DNA of 64,000 bases from Candidatus Limnocylindrales bacterium (GCA_035559535.1 DATMBG010000035.1:1-64000), one strand, 5' to 3'. Positions 18,487 through 29,300 are shown, numbered from the stretch's first letter. Numbers and translations are program-made. The notes: generated by a model from the letters alone, not told the origin.

Positions 18487-20535
18487 ATGGTGGATGGAAA
18501 GAAGCCCCAGGCTCAATTCTCATCCTTAGTCTGGATTATGGAGCGATATAAGGATCATCTCATCGGGATTGTGAAAGCAGTTTCTTCAAGGAAGAAAATA
18601 GCTTTCCCAGAGGGGAAGGTTTTAATTTTTTTATGGACTTTTCTAGGTTTTTTTATCCCCAACATCTGGGCGGAAGAAGAATGGATTGTAAGGGGTCCCT
18701 ATGGGGGAGATATTAAGACCGTTGCCTTAAACTTCCATGACCCTCAAGTCCTTTATGCGGGAACCAATGATGGAAAAATTTATAAAAGTGAAGATAAGGG
18801 ACTTTCCTGGACGGAGTTAAAGCCCGGACTGGGAGAAAGTGGCCTGGTCATTGAAGCTATTGTTCCACACCCGGAACATCCAGAAACCCTCTATGTGGGC
18901 ACGCGGGGTCTCTGGAATAAAGGAGGTTTATTTAAAAGTACCGATGGAGGACAATCCTGGAGCCGGGTTAGCAGCCTGGAGCCTGTAAGTGTTCGAACTC
19001 TGAAATTTGACCCACAGAACCCGGAGATCCTGTATGCGGGAACTTTAAACGGGGTATATAAGAGCCAGGATGGAGGGCTTACCTGGGAGAGGAAGAGCCA
19101 GGGACTCGAACATATTGAAATCGAATCCCTGGTTATTCATCCCATTGATACCCATATTCTGTATGCCGGAAGTTGGAGACGGGTTTATAAGAGCCTGGAT
19201 GCCGGAGAGACCTGGCACAAGGTCACAGTTGGCATGGATCTAGATTCAGATGTTTTTGCTTTAATCATGGATCCCGGGGATCCGGATGTTATTTATGCGG
19301 CAACCTGTAATGGAATCTTTAAAACCGTTAACGGGGGAAATCAATGGGTTAAGTTTACAAAGAGGCATGGGTTGGCAAACATTCGAACCCAGGCCCTTGT
19401 CCTGGATTACCGAAATCCAAATATCTTATATGCCGGTACGGTAGGGGGTATTTTCAAAAGTATCAATGGAGGAATAAACTGGACCCCTATAACCGATAAA
19501 TCTATTATTGTAGAATCCCTGGTTATGGATCCCGAAGACCCTAACCGTATTTATGCGGGAATCGAAGACGGGGGGATTTTAATAACAGAGGATGGTGGAA
19601 AAAGTTGGCTACGTGCAGCCACGGGAATCACCCATACCTATATAAAAACCATCGTTCAGGATCCAAAAAACCCCAAAACCTTATATGTGGGGGTACCCTA
19701 TGATAGAAGTTTTGGAGGCATCTTCAAAAGTGAAGATGGAGGAATTACCTGGATCCGTTCCAACAATGGGTTATTGGATACCAATGTTGAGGCACTGGTG
19801 ATAGATCCCCGTGTACCGGGACTTCTTTATGCAGGAACCCATAACGGGGTCTTTAAAACCCTCAACGGTGGAGCCAGCTGGCAGAAAAAAAGTAAGGGAT
19901 TGCGTAATCTCAAAATTCTTTCTCTCCTGCAAGATCCTGTAAACTTGAATAGGCTATATGCCGGAACCGGGGCGGGAGTCTTTAAAACAACCAATGGGGG
20001 AACTACCTGGACGCCAGCCGGATTAAGTTCCTCTCGTGTTTACTCCCTGGCCCTGGATCCTATCAATGAAAATATTCTCTATGCTGGAACAGATAACGGC
20101 ATCTATCGAACAGATCCAGAGGGGACGGGATGGATCAAACTAACCGATGGCCTCATAGATATGCCGGTTTTGGTTTTAACTGTTAAGCCCGATGAGCCCA
20201 ACGTGGTATTTGCCGGTACCCGGAAAGGTCTCTTTAAAAGTACAGATGGTGGAACTACGTGGGAGAAAAGTCAATCTAAATTAGATGTCCTGGAAATCGG
20301 ATCCATAACCGTGGATCCTTTTAACCCAAATCTGATCTATGTGGGAAGTATGAATGGAAGTGGAGTATATAAAAGTTCTGATGGGGGATCAACCTGGGAA
20401 CAAATAGACCAAAACAATCTTAAGGTTCATGTCCGGTCGATTCTCACAGATCTTCAAAACCCCAGCCGATTATATGTAGGAACTTCCGCAGGTCTGTATC
20501 AATATATTCCCCAAACTTCCCATGCGAAAAAGTAA
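18487..20535 (+). CDS. Secreted BNR/Asp-box (YCF48/VPS10-like) beta-propeller protein
   Basis: About 14 repeats of DPxxPxxLYAGTxxGxxKSxDGGxxW; hydrophobic signal-like stretch ending IWA; true start may be downstream of 18487. Confidence 0.85.
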   Translation: MVDGKKPQAQFSSLVWIMERYKDHLIGIVKAVSSRKKIAFPEGKVLIFLWTFLGFFIPNIWAEEEWIVRGPYGGDIKTVALNFHDPQVLYAGTNDGKIYKSEDKGLSWTELKPGLGESGLVIEAIVPHPEHPETLYVGTRGLWNKGGLFKSTDGGQSWSRVSSLEPVSVRTLKFDPQNPEILYAGTLNGVYKSQDGGLTWERKSQGLEHIEIESLVIHPIDTHILYAGSWRRVYKSLDAGETWHKVTVGMDLDSDVFALIMDPGDPDVIYAATCNGIFKTVNGGNQWVKFTKRHGLANIRTQALVLDYRNPNILYAGTVGGIFKSINGGINWTPITDKSIIVESLVMDPEDPNRIYAGIEDGGILITEDGGKSWLRAATGITHTYIKTIVQDPKNPKTLYVGVPYDRSFGGIFKSEDGGITWIRSNNGLLDTNVEALVIDPRVPGLLYAGTHNGVFKTLNGGASWQKKSKGLRNLKILSLLQDPVNLNRLYAGTGAGVFKTTNGGTTWTPAGLSSSRVYSLALDPINENILYAGTDNGIYRTDPEGTGWIKLTDGLIDMPVLVLTVKPDEPNVVFAGTRKGLFKSTDGGTTWEKSQSKLDVLEIGSITVDPFNPNLIYVGSMNGSGVYKSSDGGSTWEQIDQNNLKVHVRSILTDLQNPSRLYVGTSAGLYQYIPQTSHAKK

Positions 20536-21391
20536 AACATTCTTTATGAAAGTTCTTCCGATTAATGCATTAACCTTTGATGTTGAGGATTATTATCAAG
20601 TTGAAGCTTTCAGCCGCTTTATCCATTTCGATACCTGGGATCAATATGAAAGTCGGGTTACAGCAAATACCAACAAGATCTTAGAAATACTGGCCGAGAG
20701 CCGGGTTAAAGCGACTTTTTTTGTTTTGGGCTGGATTGCAGAACGATTTCCCCAAATCGTAAAACTGATCAGTACCGAAGGGCATGAAGTTGCCTGCCAT
20801 GGATATGCCCATAAAGTTATTTATAAGCAGACCAGACAAGAATTTGAAGAGGATGTATCCAAATCTATTCAAATTTTGGAGGATATCTCGGGTACCAAGG
20901 TGGTAGGCTACCGGGCTCCTACTTATTCCATCATCAGAGAAACCCTTTGGGCCCTTGAAGTCCTCCTCAAAAATGGAATCCAGTACGATTCCAGCATCTT
21001 TCCCATTAAACATGATCGTTATGGAATTCCCGACGCCGGGCGATTTCCTTATGTAATCGACAAGGGAAGATTGGGAAGCCTCATCGAATTTCCCCCCTCT
21101 ACCCTCAGTTTTTGGGGTACCAATATACCTATCGCCGGAGGGGGCTACTTGCGTCTTTATCCCTATTTTTTCCTTCGTTGGGGCCTCCGCAAAATAAATC
21201 AAGAAGGTCAACCGGTGATGGTATATTTGCACCCCTGGGAGTTAGATCCCGACCAACCCAGGATAAATCAGGTCGGCCATTTGACTCGATTTCGTCATTA
21301 CGTCAATCTGGATAAGACGGAGAAGAAACTCCGAGCTCTGATGAGGGATTTTCGGTTTGCACCGGCTAAAGAAGTCCTGGGAATCCCGTAA
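20522..21391 (+). CDS. Polysaccharide deacetylase, exosortase-A/PEP-CTERM-associated type
   Basis: NALTFDVEDYYQV, KATFFVLGWIAE, HEVACHGYAH, GYRAPTYSI, AGGGYLRLYP, YLHPWELDPDQPR. Confidence 0.9.
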   Translation: MRKSKTFFMKVLPINALTFDVEDYYQVEAFSRFIHFDTWDQYESRVTANTNKILEILAESRVKATFFVLGWIAERFPQIVKLISTEGHEVACHGYAHKVIYKQTRQEFEEDVSKSIQILEDISGTKVVGYRAPTYSIIRETLWALEVLLKNGIQYDSSIFPIKHDRYGIPDAGRFPYVIDKGRLGSLIEFPPSTLSFWGTNIPIAGGGYLRLYPYFFLRWGLRKINQEGQPVMVYLHPWELDPDQPRINQVGHLTRFRHYVNLDKTEKKLRALMRDFRFAPAKEVLGIP

Positions 21392-21490
21392 ATACCCGAT
21401 TATATGCCATATTAATTCCCCATGTGTAGGGGTGATCCCCCAGGCATCAAGTTAAGGATTAGACCTGGGGGCTAGACATCCCTCTAACCC

Positions 21491-21728
21491 CCTACACACC
21501 AGGATAAGAAGGTTAGCTCCGGCAGGACGACCTGTTTAACCGGTCGCTCCTCTATATCCCCCTTTCCCCCGCATGCGGGGGAAAGGGGGATATAGAGGAA
21601 AGGGGAGCTTCCTTCGGAGCTTGAAAAAATTCTGAATGATTGAATTCCCCCGATTTGTATCCGTTTGTATCCGGGACTACCCATGGTTCGTCCCTGACGG
21701 GGCTTTTCAGCTTAAGCTGGCACCTATG
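21491..21728. mobile_element. MITE-like element, family B (with nested hairpin insertion)
   Basis: Imperfect TIRs CCTACACACCAGGATAAG / CTTAAGCTGGCACCTATG; interior aligns with 35633-35795 and 38446-38608. Confidence 0.65.
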
Positions 21729-21817
21729 CCTCTGTGCCCCCTCAAGGGAGGGGGGAAGAGAGGTTCAGACCGAAAAGCGGGAAGGGGACCCAGGGGAGGG
21801 TCTGAGAGCAGGAAATC

Positions 21818-24367
21818 TTAATGGCGGGGAGGTAGCCCTTGCCGGTCCGGACTTCTCAGTTGAGTCAGTCCCATGTAGATCTGCCCAAATCTCAGATGAA
21901 ATCCGGCATTTTTAGCAGGGGTTGCCAGGGTTGTGGTGTAATAATGCGTTCCGTCATCAAAAACGTGCTTGAGAGTCTCCCGGGCCATATCCCAGTACTC
22001 TTTTCGACCTGTTAACAGATAACCATAGGCAAAACCGTCTGTCGTGGTTTGAAGATTGGGGGACGGCTCCATTTTTTGAGGATCTTTAGCACTCCAGATG
22101 AAAGCGATACGAGAAGAGTCTTGGTAAAAAGGTCCATCAGGAACCGGGGTTTTTAAAAAGTCCAGGAGTTTAATTAAACTATTTTCTGCTTCTTGATCGG
22201 GTTCTCCTAAAGCCCGTTTGGTCAAGGCATAACGACCTATGCCTTCCGTTGCATATCCCAATTGCCAGGGAAGAGTTTCCCCCTCTCCTCCGAAATATGC
22301 TCCAACTTTAGCCGGTACCAACTTTCGGGTTATCTTCCAGCGGATAACATCCCGGGCCAGACGTAAATAGTCTTTATTTCCGGTTACCTCATAAAGATCC
22401 ATCAAAGCCTGTACAATCTGTCCAGGGTTTCTGGGTTCATCGGCATAGGCCAGATCCCCGGGTTTATGAATGGGATCTGTTTCAAGGTTTTTGAGCCACT
22501 GGCCCACCTCTTGGGCACTTTCCAGAGCCAGCTCATCCCCGGTCAATACATAATACGTTAGAAGGCCCCTTATCCAAAAATGACTGGTTTGTGGTTCCCT
22601 GGAATGATCCATAATACCACTGGCATCATGCTTATGGATTCCATGATTCGCCCAGAACAGGTCTCTATCGGTGTGATACTGGTCGATATCGATCAGGTGG
22701 CGAACCATATATTCTCCGTTTTCAAAAAATCGGATATCATGATCTTTCATGCGAAGGTACTGAAGTAACAGGATATAGGAAAAATCAAATTCATTGTTTC
22801 CCCAGTAGCGAACATCCTTCCAACCGGCCCGGTAGTGATCCCCAAAATTGAGCCATCCGTACTCATCCTTATCTTCCCGCTCCCGGTAAATATCCCCCAT
22901 ATTGGCATGGGGTCCTTTATACGCTATAACCGACCGGGCTGCCTCTTCATATTGAGGGAAACGCTTCTCATCTTCAACCGACATATAACCCAAAGCCATA
23001 CTCGCCTGATACCAGGTATTTGGAGCCAGGGCTCTGAGGGGATTCTGGAAGGATCGGAGGATTCTTTCGGATTGAGCCTTATCCGCAGGACCGGAATGAA
23101 AATAATAGAAGAGCTCGTGGGTTTTATATCGACCCCCTTCAAATCGATGGGGTTTTGCCCACCTTGTAGGAAAAAGCTCCACAATTACAGAACCAGAGTC
23201 CTCCAGCTCAATCCCTTTAGGAAAATTCTGCCAGAAGTGGCGTAGGCTTACCGTAAGTCCCCAGGTTGCATTGCTGAGATCACCCCATCCAGAGGAACGA
23301 TACCCGGAGCTTATCTCCTGATCGTTCTTGTAAATCTTATACCCCCGGAAGGAAGTGGACCAAAAAGGGCTTCCGTCCTTGGAAGGCCCCCAGTGGGGTC
23401 CCCCACTGGAATCCTGGTAAAGGGTCACCCTCTCCCCCGCACCTAATTTTGCCTGTACCCGCTTATCACCACCCAATATAAAGCTCTTATTACCCGTCAG
23501 ATTTGTCTTTACCTTGAGGGCCAGGCCTTCAAACTCGTGGAAAACTCCAGGACCTCCTTCATGATAATTCCTGGCCGTAAATCTATCGGGATTCTTGAGG
23601 GTATAAAATACTCTGAGATAACTCTTATCGTTATAGGCATGGATTCGAACCGTATAATCCAGATAAGAGAGTTGGTCTTTGTAGACTCCATTTTCAGTAT
23701 GGGAGTTGTGTCGGCCATCGATTCGAATCACTACCCGCATCGGACCCTTTTCTTCGACCACCACTTGAGGAGCTTCATCTGAAGAAGAAAGGTAAAGGGT
23801 CTTGTTGTCTTTTTTGGTTATAATGACTCCCGCATCCAGTTGATCCAACAGAAGGGGATCTTCCTTCCCATCCCCATCTATATCCATAAAAACCTGGTCG
23901 AAGAGATTAAATTTCTTCTTGCTGATCCTTAACTGCAAAGCTCCGGTAGCCACCGTCAGGATATCTTTAGTTTCTGTAACCTTTAAATGGGAAAGGGGAA
24001 AATTTTCTGATGGATCGCCCCCATCTTGCAAAGAATAAAGGGTTTCTTTACCCGATTTGACCGTAGCCTGAAAATCTGCCAAAACCCACTTGATGCTTCC
24101 ATCAGGCCATCGAGACAAAACCCTGAACTGGGAAGGGATCTCTTTCCCCTTCCCATCCTTTATTCTTAAAGTCTGTTCTTTCATAACCACTCCCTGGGGG
24201 AGCGGAATTCCTGTAGTCACCGGATCGTTGATACGATCAACACCGGCATACTCTTTAACTTTTAACGGAACCTCTAAAGCCCGGGCGGTTTTTAAGGAAA
24301 AGGAAAAGAACAAAACTATCATGCCCAGACAGCCGAGAATTCGATGAAATATTTTAATTTTTTGCAT
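21818..24367 (-). CDS. Secreted exo-rhamnogalacturonan-lyase-like (PcRGLX/YetA-like) protein
   Basis: Signal peptide ending ARA-LEV; PVTTGIPLPQG, RWPDGSIKWVL, GPMRVVIR, RHFWQNFPK, YGWLNFGD, WGNNEFD, RHLIDID, YYVLTGD. Confidence 0.75.
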   Translation of the reverse strand: MQKIKIFHRILGCLGMIVLFFSFSLKTARALEVPLKVKEYAGVDRINDPVTTGIPLPQGVVMKEQTLRIKDGKGKEIPSQFRVLSRWPDGSIKWVLADFQATVKSGKETLYSLQDGGDPSENFPLSHLKVTETKDILTVATGALQLRISKKKFNLFDQVFMDIDGDGKEDPLLLDQLDAGVIITKKDNKTLYLSSSDEAPQVVVEEKGPMRVVIRIDGRHNSHTENGVYKDQLSYLDYTVRIHAYNDKSYLRVFYTLKNPDRFTARNYHEGGPGVFHEFEGLALKVKTNLTGNKSFILGGDKRVQAKLGAGERVTLYQDSSGGPHWGPSKDGSPFWSTSFRGYKIYKNDQEISSGYRSSGWGDLSNATWGLTVSLRHFWQNFPKGIELEDSGSVIVELFPTRWAKPHRFEGGRYKTHELFYYFHSGPADKAQSERILRSFQNPLRALAPNTWYQASMALGYMSVEDEKRFPQYEEAARSVIAYKGPHANMGDIYREREDKDEYGWLNFGDHYRAGWKDVRYWGNNEFDFSYILLLQYLRMKDHDIRFFENGEYMVRHLIDIDQYHTDRDLFWANHGIHKHDASGIMDHSREPQTSHFWIRGLLTYYVLTGDELALESAQEVGQWLKNLETDPIHKPGDLAYADEPRNPGQIVQALMDLYEVTGNKDYLRLARDVIRWKITRKLVPAKVGAYFGGEGETLPWQLGYATEGIGRYALTKRALGEPDQEAENSLIKLLDFLKTPVPDGPFYQDSSRIAFIWSAKDPQKMEPSPNLQTTTDGFAYGYLLTGRKEYWDMARETLKHVFDDGTHYYTTTLATPAKNAGFHLRFGQIYMGLTQLRSPDRQGLPPRH

Positions 24368-24619
24368 ATCCGATCGGCCACACGCAATCTAGGGCCCTCC
24401 CTGTAATCCTCTACCCTCACCCCCCCGTTCCCCCTTCCCGACCCCACTCCTTCCCTCCCCGCATGCGAGGAGGGAGAGAGGGAAGGGTGAGGTATGGATC
24501 TCCCTCTTATCCCGGTGTCTATGGGAGTTAGGGGGTTAGGTTAGAAAAACCTATTCCTGAAAAGGGTTAAAGAGAGGGGGGACCTAAATGGTTATCATGC
24601 ATTGCCCCCATTTATTTGT

Positions 24620-25735
24620 TTACAACTTCATTTCATATACCTTTTCGTAAGCTTCAAACATCCACTTCTTTTCAAAAAACCTCCTGCAGTGAATCCGGTT
24701 CTGCTCCCCGAGGTAGGCTCTTAGGGGTGCCTCTTTCAAGAGCTTTTCTAACATTCTTCTAAAGAAATCTTCATCGGATCGGGGACCGATATAAGCTCTG
24801 TTTTCTGGAGATACCATATCCTTTATATCTCCCACATCGGTTCCCACAACAGGGCATCCTGCGGCCATAGCTTCCAGGACGGAGATAGGCATCTGCTCTG
24901 TATCAGATGAAATGGCAAAAATGTCAAACAGGCTTAAAACTTCAGCCGGATCTTCCCTGTGGCCCAGTAACCTGACCTTTTCCTGCAGTTTATTTTCTTC
25001 GATATACCTGACCAGGTGAGGATACTCAGGGCCGTCTCCCACAATGAGGAGTTTAGCCTGGAATTCAGGAGCCAGCCGGGAGAAGACCCTCAAAAGACGC
25101 AGGAGATTCTTTTCTTTCCGTAACCTTGCCACCGTCCCGATGACCAGACTATTTCGACAAAATTCCCATTCCGACCCTTTTCTGGAAAGGACCTGTTTTG
25201 AATACTTTTCGCAATCTATGCCGTTGGGAATATAAACCACGGATTTCTCACTCAACCTCCAGGTCTGGAGTGCTACGCGATATAAAGTCTTAGAAGGAAC
25301 AATGATTTTATAAGCGTGGGATAGGAAAAAACGCCGGATCCAGATTCTCCAGGGTTTTTGGGTTATCAACTCATCCGGTCCAAAACCATCCTCCGTATGG
25401 GCCTGGGGGCAAATGGGGAAAAAATGATTGACCAGGCTCCATTCTATAGCTCCCCAGTTGTAGGTGAGTAACAAATCCGGCTGAATCTCCTGTAACAGCC
25501 TTCTAAACAGAAAAAGATTCTTTAACTCTTCTTTCTTGTGGATCCGGAGGGGAATCCATCGGATATTAAGGCCTTCTTTTAGTCTTTCCCGACAGGCATA
25601 ATTTCCATCCATGGCTATAAGGGTATGCCGATACCTGGAGCCAAAATGGTTGATAAGTTCACAGGTTCGTACCTGGGGACCTCCCATTCCGAAGGTAGAA
25701 AAAACATGTAGGAGATGTCGGGGTGGAGAGGCCAT
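24620..25735 (-). CDS. GT4 family glycosyltransferase
   Basis: IPNGID, GTVARLRKEKN, SSDTEQMPISVLEAMAAGCPVVGTDVG. Confidence 0.9.
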   Translation of the reverse strand: MASPPRHLLHVFSTFGMGGPQVRTCELINHFGSRYRHTLIAMDGNYACRERLKEGLNIRWIPLRIHKKEELKNLFLFRRLLQEIQPDLLLTYNWGAIEWSLVNHFFPICPQAHTEDGFGPDELITQKPWRIWIRRFFLSHAYKIIVPSKTLYRVALQTWRLSEKSVVYIPNGIDCEKYSKQVLSRKGSEWEFCRNSLVIGTVARLRKEKNLLRLLRVFSRLAPEFQAKLLIVGDGPEYPHLVRYIEENKLQEKVRLLGHREDPAEVLSLFDIFAISSDTEQMPISVLEAMAAGCPVVGTDVGDIKDMVSPENRAYIGPRSDEDFFRRMLEKLLKEAPLRAYLGEQNRIHCRRFFEKKWMFEAYEKVYEMKL

Positions 25736-25744
25736 GACGGTATT

Positions 25745-27895
25745 TCAGTGCGATTGGATTTCGCTCTCCACGGGAGATTTTTTCTTATGAACTTCAAGTC
25801 CCCGTTGGATAAACTCATCCCGATCTGCCACGGGCGTCCACTTCAAATCTTTCTTAATAGCCGAACAGTCAAATTGTGAAACCAATCCCCTGGACTTTAA
25901 ATCTCTATAGCTTGGAAAGGTCGCATCGGTTCGGCCGATGATTTTTTTAATGGCCCACTTCCCCATTTCAATTACCTGTAACTTTAAGGGGGATCGGGGA
26001 TAGTATTGTAGGGGTCGATCCAGTATTCTAGCTAATTCCCCAATATATTCCCTGGCAGAAAGACGGACATCCCCGACCACGTTATAAGATTTACCGATTA
26101 CAGTGTCTGCTTTCATGGCTAAAAAGATGGCTTCGGCGACATCTTCCACCAAAACCAAGGGGAGCGGATTTTTTCCATCATTCCAGCCGATGCAATACGT
26201 ATCCTGATTAAACTGCCCTAACCCGCTATGGAAAGGGGATCTTCCTTCTCCGATAACAATTCCCGGCCTTAGAATACAAACCGGTAAATCCTTCTCCTTG
26301 TGTAATTCCCACAGGAGCTTTTCACAGGCTGCTTTTCCTCTGGCATACAGTGCACGGTTCTCGATATGGGGATCCAGGTCTGCCGGGTCCGTTATGATTT
26401 TCTTATCCCCCAGGTATAATGCAGCGATGGAACCCAGGTAGATCAAACGCTTAACCCCATGTTGTAAACAAGCTTCGGCGATATTTCGAGTTCCATAGAC
26501 CATGGATTTCCGAATCTCTTCCCAGGAGTCTCCCCCTCCCCCCTGGGCCAGATGAACCACAATAGGGACATCTTTAATCGCCCGGCTGACCTCTTCTAAA
26601 TTTTCCATATCCCCCGATATCACCTCTACCCGGGGATCCTGAAATAAGGAAGGCAGTAAGCAGGTATTCCTTGCCAGTACCCGGATCTTTAAATTGGCAG
26701 CTAAAAGCCGTTTCACCAGATGATAACCGATAAAACCGGTCCCCCCAATCACTAAGACATCGCAGGAGATGTTCGGAGTTTTAGGGGGCCGGGAACTTTC
26801 TAAAATCGAGTTGGGTTCCCCGGTTTGAGATTCCTGTAAGGCAACGCCCTCGCTGATCCTTTCACACATTTCGACCACATAGGATCCAAATGACCCGTCG
26901 ATAAAAGGTTCATCCTGATCAACCCCCTGGTAAAAAGCCCGGATACTATTCTGAATACTTAGGAAAAAGGGATCCGATCGTGGCAGGATCTGTAGGGTGG
27001 ATAAAATATATTTCCCTAAATTGGCCAGGCTTTGTTGACCCATATCCTTAATCAACCTTTGTGCGTTTTGAAAGCTATCATAGAATTCAGGCCATCGGGT
27101 CTTGCTTTGAATAAAAAATCGATTATTCATTAAATCAACCTGAACAAGTCCATCTTCACAGATGGCTATGATTCCAGAGGTGGTAAACTCCTGTCCGACG
27201 GAGAGAAATACCTGGGCAACAGCTTTTTCACAGATCATAGAGATCTGCCAGGTATCATAAAACAGTTTTCCCGGGCTTAGTTCCTGTCGACCGGAAGCCA
27301 GAGTACTAACCTGCCACATCTTTCCGGCCAGATCATAAATTTGAGAAAGGGGATGAACCCCCTGTTCCAGGATGATATTCTGGGGTAGCTGAAACATCCA
27401 GTGACCGAACTGCCGGGCGGAAAGTTGCCTTAAAGGAACGTTCATAAACGAAACAATATAATGGAGATTTCCCAGGGTGCGGTCCTGTAACTTTTTTTTC
27501 ATGGCCAGATAGGCCGGATGAAAGAGCGCATTATAATTGACACCCAGATAAGCACCGCCTGCTTTGGCGGCTTCCATTAAAGCCCGGCATTCTTCGGAAG
27601 AAGTCGCCATAGGCTTTTCTAAAAAGACATGGATCCCGGCCTTCAGTAAAGGTACTGCTACCTTCTTATGGAAAGGGGGTGGAACCAGGACATGGGCAAA
27701 ATTACAACATTTGCTTGCTATAAGTTCGTCCAGGGATCGAAATACTCTGGGGATAGACTCTTTTTTCGCCAGGAGTTCAGCTTTCTCTCTATGGGTATCA
27801 TAAACCCCGACAATGCGAGTATGGGATAAACCTCTTAGAGCTTCAACATGAAATGAGGAAATATAGCCGGCACCGATAATTCCAACGTCATGCAT
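25745..27895 (-). CDS. Fused Gfo/Idh/MocA oxidoreductase and NAD-dependent epimerase/dehydratase (extended SDR)
   Basis: N-half GIIGAGYIS and LEKPMA; C-half VIGGTGFIG and YARGK catalytic motif, LRPGIVIG. Confidence 0.85.
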   Translation of the reverse strand: MHDVGIIGAGYISSFHVEALRGLSHTRIVGVYDTHREKAELLAKKESIPRVFRSLDELIASKCCNFAHVLVPPPFHKKVAVPLLKAGIHVFLEKPMATSSEECRALMEAAKAGGAYLGVNYNALFHPAYLAMKKKLQDRTLGNLHYIVSFMNVPLRQLSARQFGHWMFQLPQNIILEQGVHPLSQIYDLAGKMWQVSTLASGRQELSPGKLFYDTWQISMICEKAVAQVFLSVGQEFTTSGIIAICEDGLVQVDLMNNRFFIQSKTRWPEFYDSFQNAQRLIKDMGQQSLANLGKYILSTLQILPRSDPFFLSIQNSIRAFYQGVDQDEPFIDGSFGSYVVEMCERISEGVALQESQTGEPNSILESSRPPKTPNISCDVLVIGGTGFIGYHLVKRLLAANLKIRVLARNTCLLPSLFQDPRVEVISGDMENLEEVSRAIKDVPIVVHLAQGGGGDSWEEIRKSMVYGTRNIAEACLQHGVKRLIYLGSIAALYLGDKKIITDPADLDPHIENRALYARGKAACEKLLWELHKEKDLPVCILRPGIVIGEGRSPFHSGLGQFNQDTYCIGWNDGKNPLPLVLVEDVAEAIFLAMKADTVIGKSYNVVGDVRLSAREYIGELARILDRPLQYYPRSPLKLQVIEMGKWAIKKIIGRTDATFPSYRDLKSRGLVSQFDCSAIKKDLKWTPVADRDEFIQRGLEVHKKKSPVESEIQSH

Positions 27896-27905
27896 ACTTT
27901 TCCGC

Positions 27906-29300
27906 TCAAACGGTTACCTTCTCAGTAGGCTGGAGCTTTTTACCAACTCCCCTACCATAAGGAATCCTGTTTTGTTCCTGTTGCTGGGTTCCTAAGAAAT
28001 GCTCACAGGCAAGTATTTGTAGACAGACCGTCAAAGCCATGATGTGATACGTCAGGTCGAAGTAAACCCTATCCAGAAAGGTTCCTCCTATGAGGAAGGC
28101 GATCAAAGATATCTCAAACATATGGGAGTAATGAATCATCCAGCTCAAATCAGAGGGTTGATCCGGAAGGGAATTTGAACCATAAGGCTTAAGAGGGTCT
28201 CTGGGTTTCCAGGCTCTATCTTCCTGCTTCCGGTTTCTTATTCTGGCGAGTTTTCTTACTTTCCATAGGGTAAGAAACGTGGTGCCCAGTAAAAGCAAGT
28301 AAATGCCAAGACCGGGATAGCCGGTATCAATAAGGATCTGGAGATAAGAGTTATGGGTTACGATGGATCCTTCAGAAACGGAGAGAAAATTCCGGACTCC
28401 AACTCCCAGGAAAGGGTACTTTCCGGAGAGTTCAATAGCTTCCCGCCAGGCATTTAGCCGACCTTGAACAGAGGCATCTCTTTCATCTTCCTGGGCAAAA
28501 ATAGTGCTGATATGTTCCATATAGGTAGCCGGGGCAAAGAGGAGAAATAAGTAAAGGATAATGGGCGCAGCGATCAGAGCCCAGGCTTTTCTCTTAGACT
28601 TTAGAATGCAGAGTCCAAGGCTGGCCGTTAAGGCAAGAAAACCTCCCCGGGAGTAAGTAAAAATCACGGTAGCCACTGTAAAAGGAACGAAAAAAATCCA
28701 CAGGAATTTGGAGTATCTGTTTTTTTCCTCCTTGGCCAGGAAAACCAGAAAAGGAATGGCCATATTTAAAGCCAGAGCAAAATCATTATTATCCCCGATT
28801 AACCCTCCAACTCCCGATCTAAATCGGACTTCTCCTCCATGGGTAAGTCCAAAAAGACCATTTTTAAGCCCTAAAAATCCAAAGGAAAAGGCGATCACCA
28901 GGATAGACCATCGAAGACGCTCCCGGGTATTGACAAGCCCAGTGGTAATAAAGCAGATTAAAAGGATTTTGGAGAACTGGATATAAGTCCCCATAGATCG
29001 GGAAGGATCCAGGGCAAAGACTACAGATAAAGAAACCCAAATCCAAAGCAAAATTAAGATAACGTTAATGGGACTTTTCTTAAAAAACTTGAGCTCTTTG
29101 TTAAGAACCATCCCCACCAGGGTAGCTAAAGCCACGTAATAAGACAGTCGATACTGGCTTGCAAATCCCCAGGCCAGATCCTGAGGTCGCATATAAGCCA
29201 ACCAGCTAAATGCCAGCAAACCCAGAAAGGGATAAAGTAAAGCCACAGGAATGGTAGAAAAAGTAACCGCTAAAACTAATAAGTCTCGAAGACTGCCCAT
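27906..29300 (-). CDS. Putative O-glycosylation ligase / Wzy-like polymerase, exosortase-A-associated type
   Basis: WLAYMRPQ, GDNNDFAL, TYSRGGFL, SVQGRLNAW, PFLGVG, HNSYLQ. Confidence 0.85.
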   Translation of the reverse strand: MGSLRDLLVLAVTFSTIPVALLYPFLGLLAFSWLAYMRPQDLAWGFASQYRLSYYVALATLVGMVLNKELKFFKKSPINVILILLWIWVSLSVVFALDPSRSMGTYIQFSKILLICFITTGLVNTRERLRWSILVIAFSFGFLGLKNGLFGLTHGGEVRFRSGVGGLIGDNNDFALALNMAIPFLVFLAKEEKNRYSKFLWIFFVPFTVATVIFTYSRGGFLALTASLGLCILKSKRKAWALIAAPIILYLFLLFAPATYMEHISTIFAQEDERDASVQGRLNAWREAIELSGKYPFLGVGVRNFLSVSEGSIVTHNSYLQILIDTGYPGLGIYLLLLGTTFLTLWKVRKLARIRNRKQEDRAWKPRDPLKPYGSNSLPDQPSDLSWMIHYSHMFEISLIAFLIGGTFLDRVYFDLTYHIMALTVCLQILACEHFLGTQQQEQNRIPYGRGVGKKLQPTEKVTV

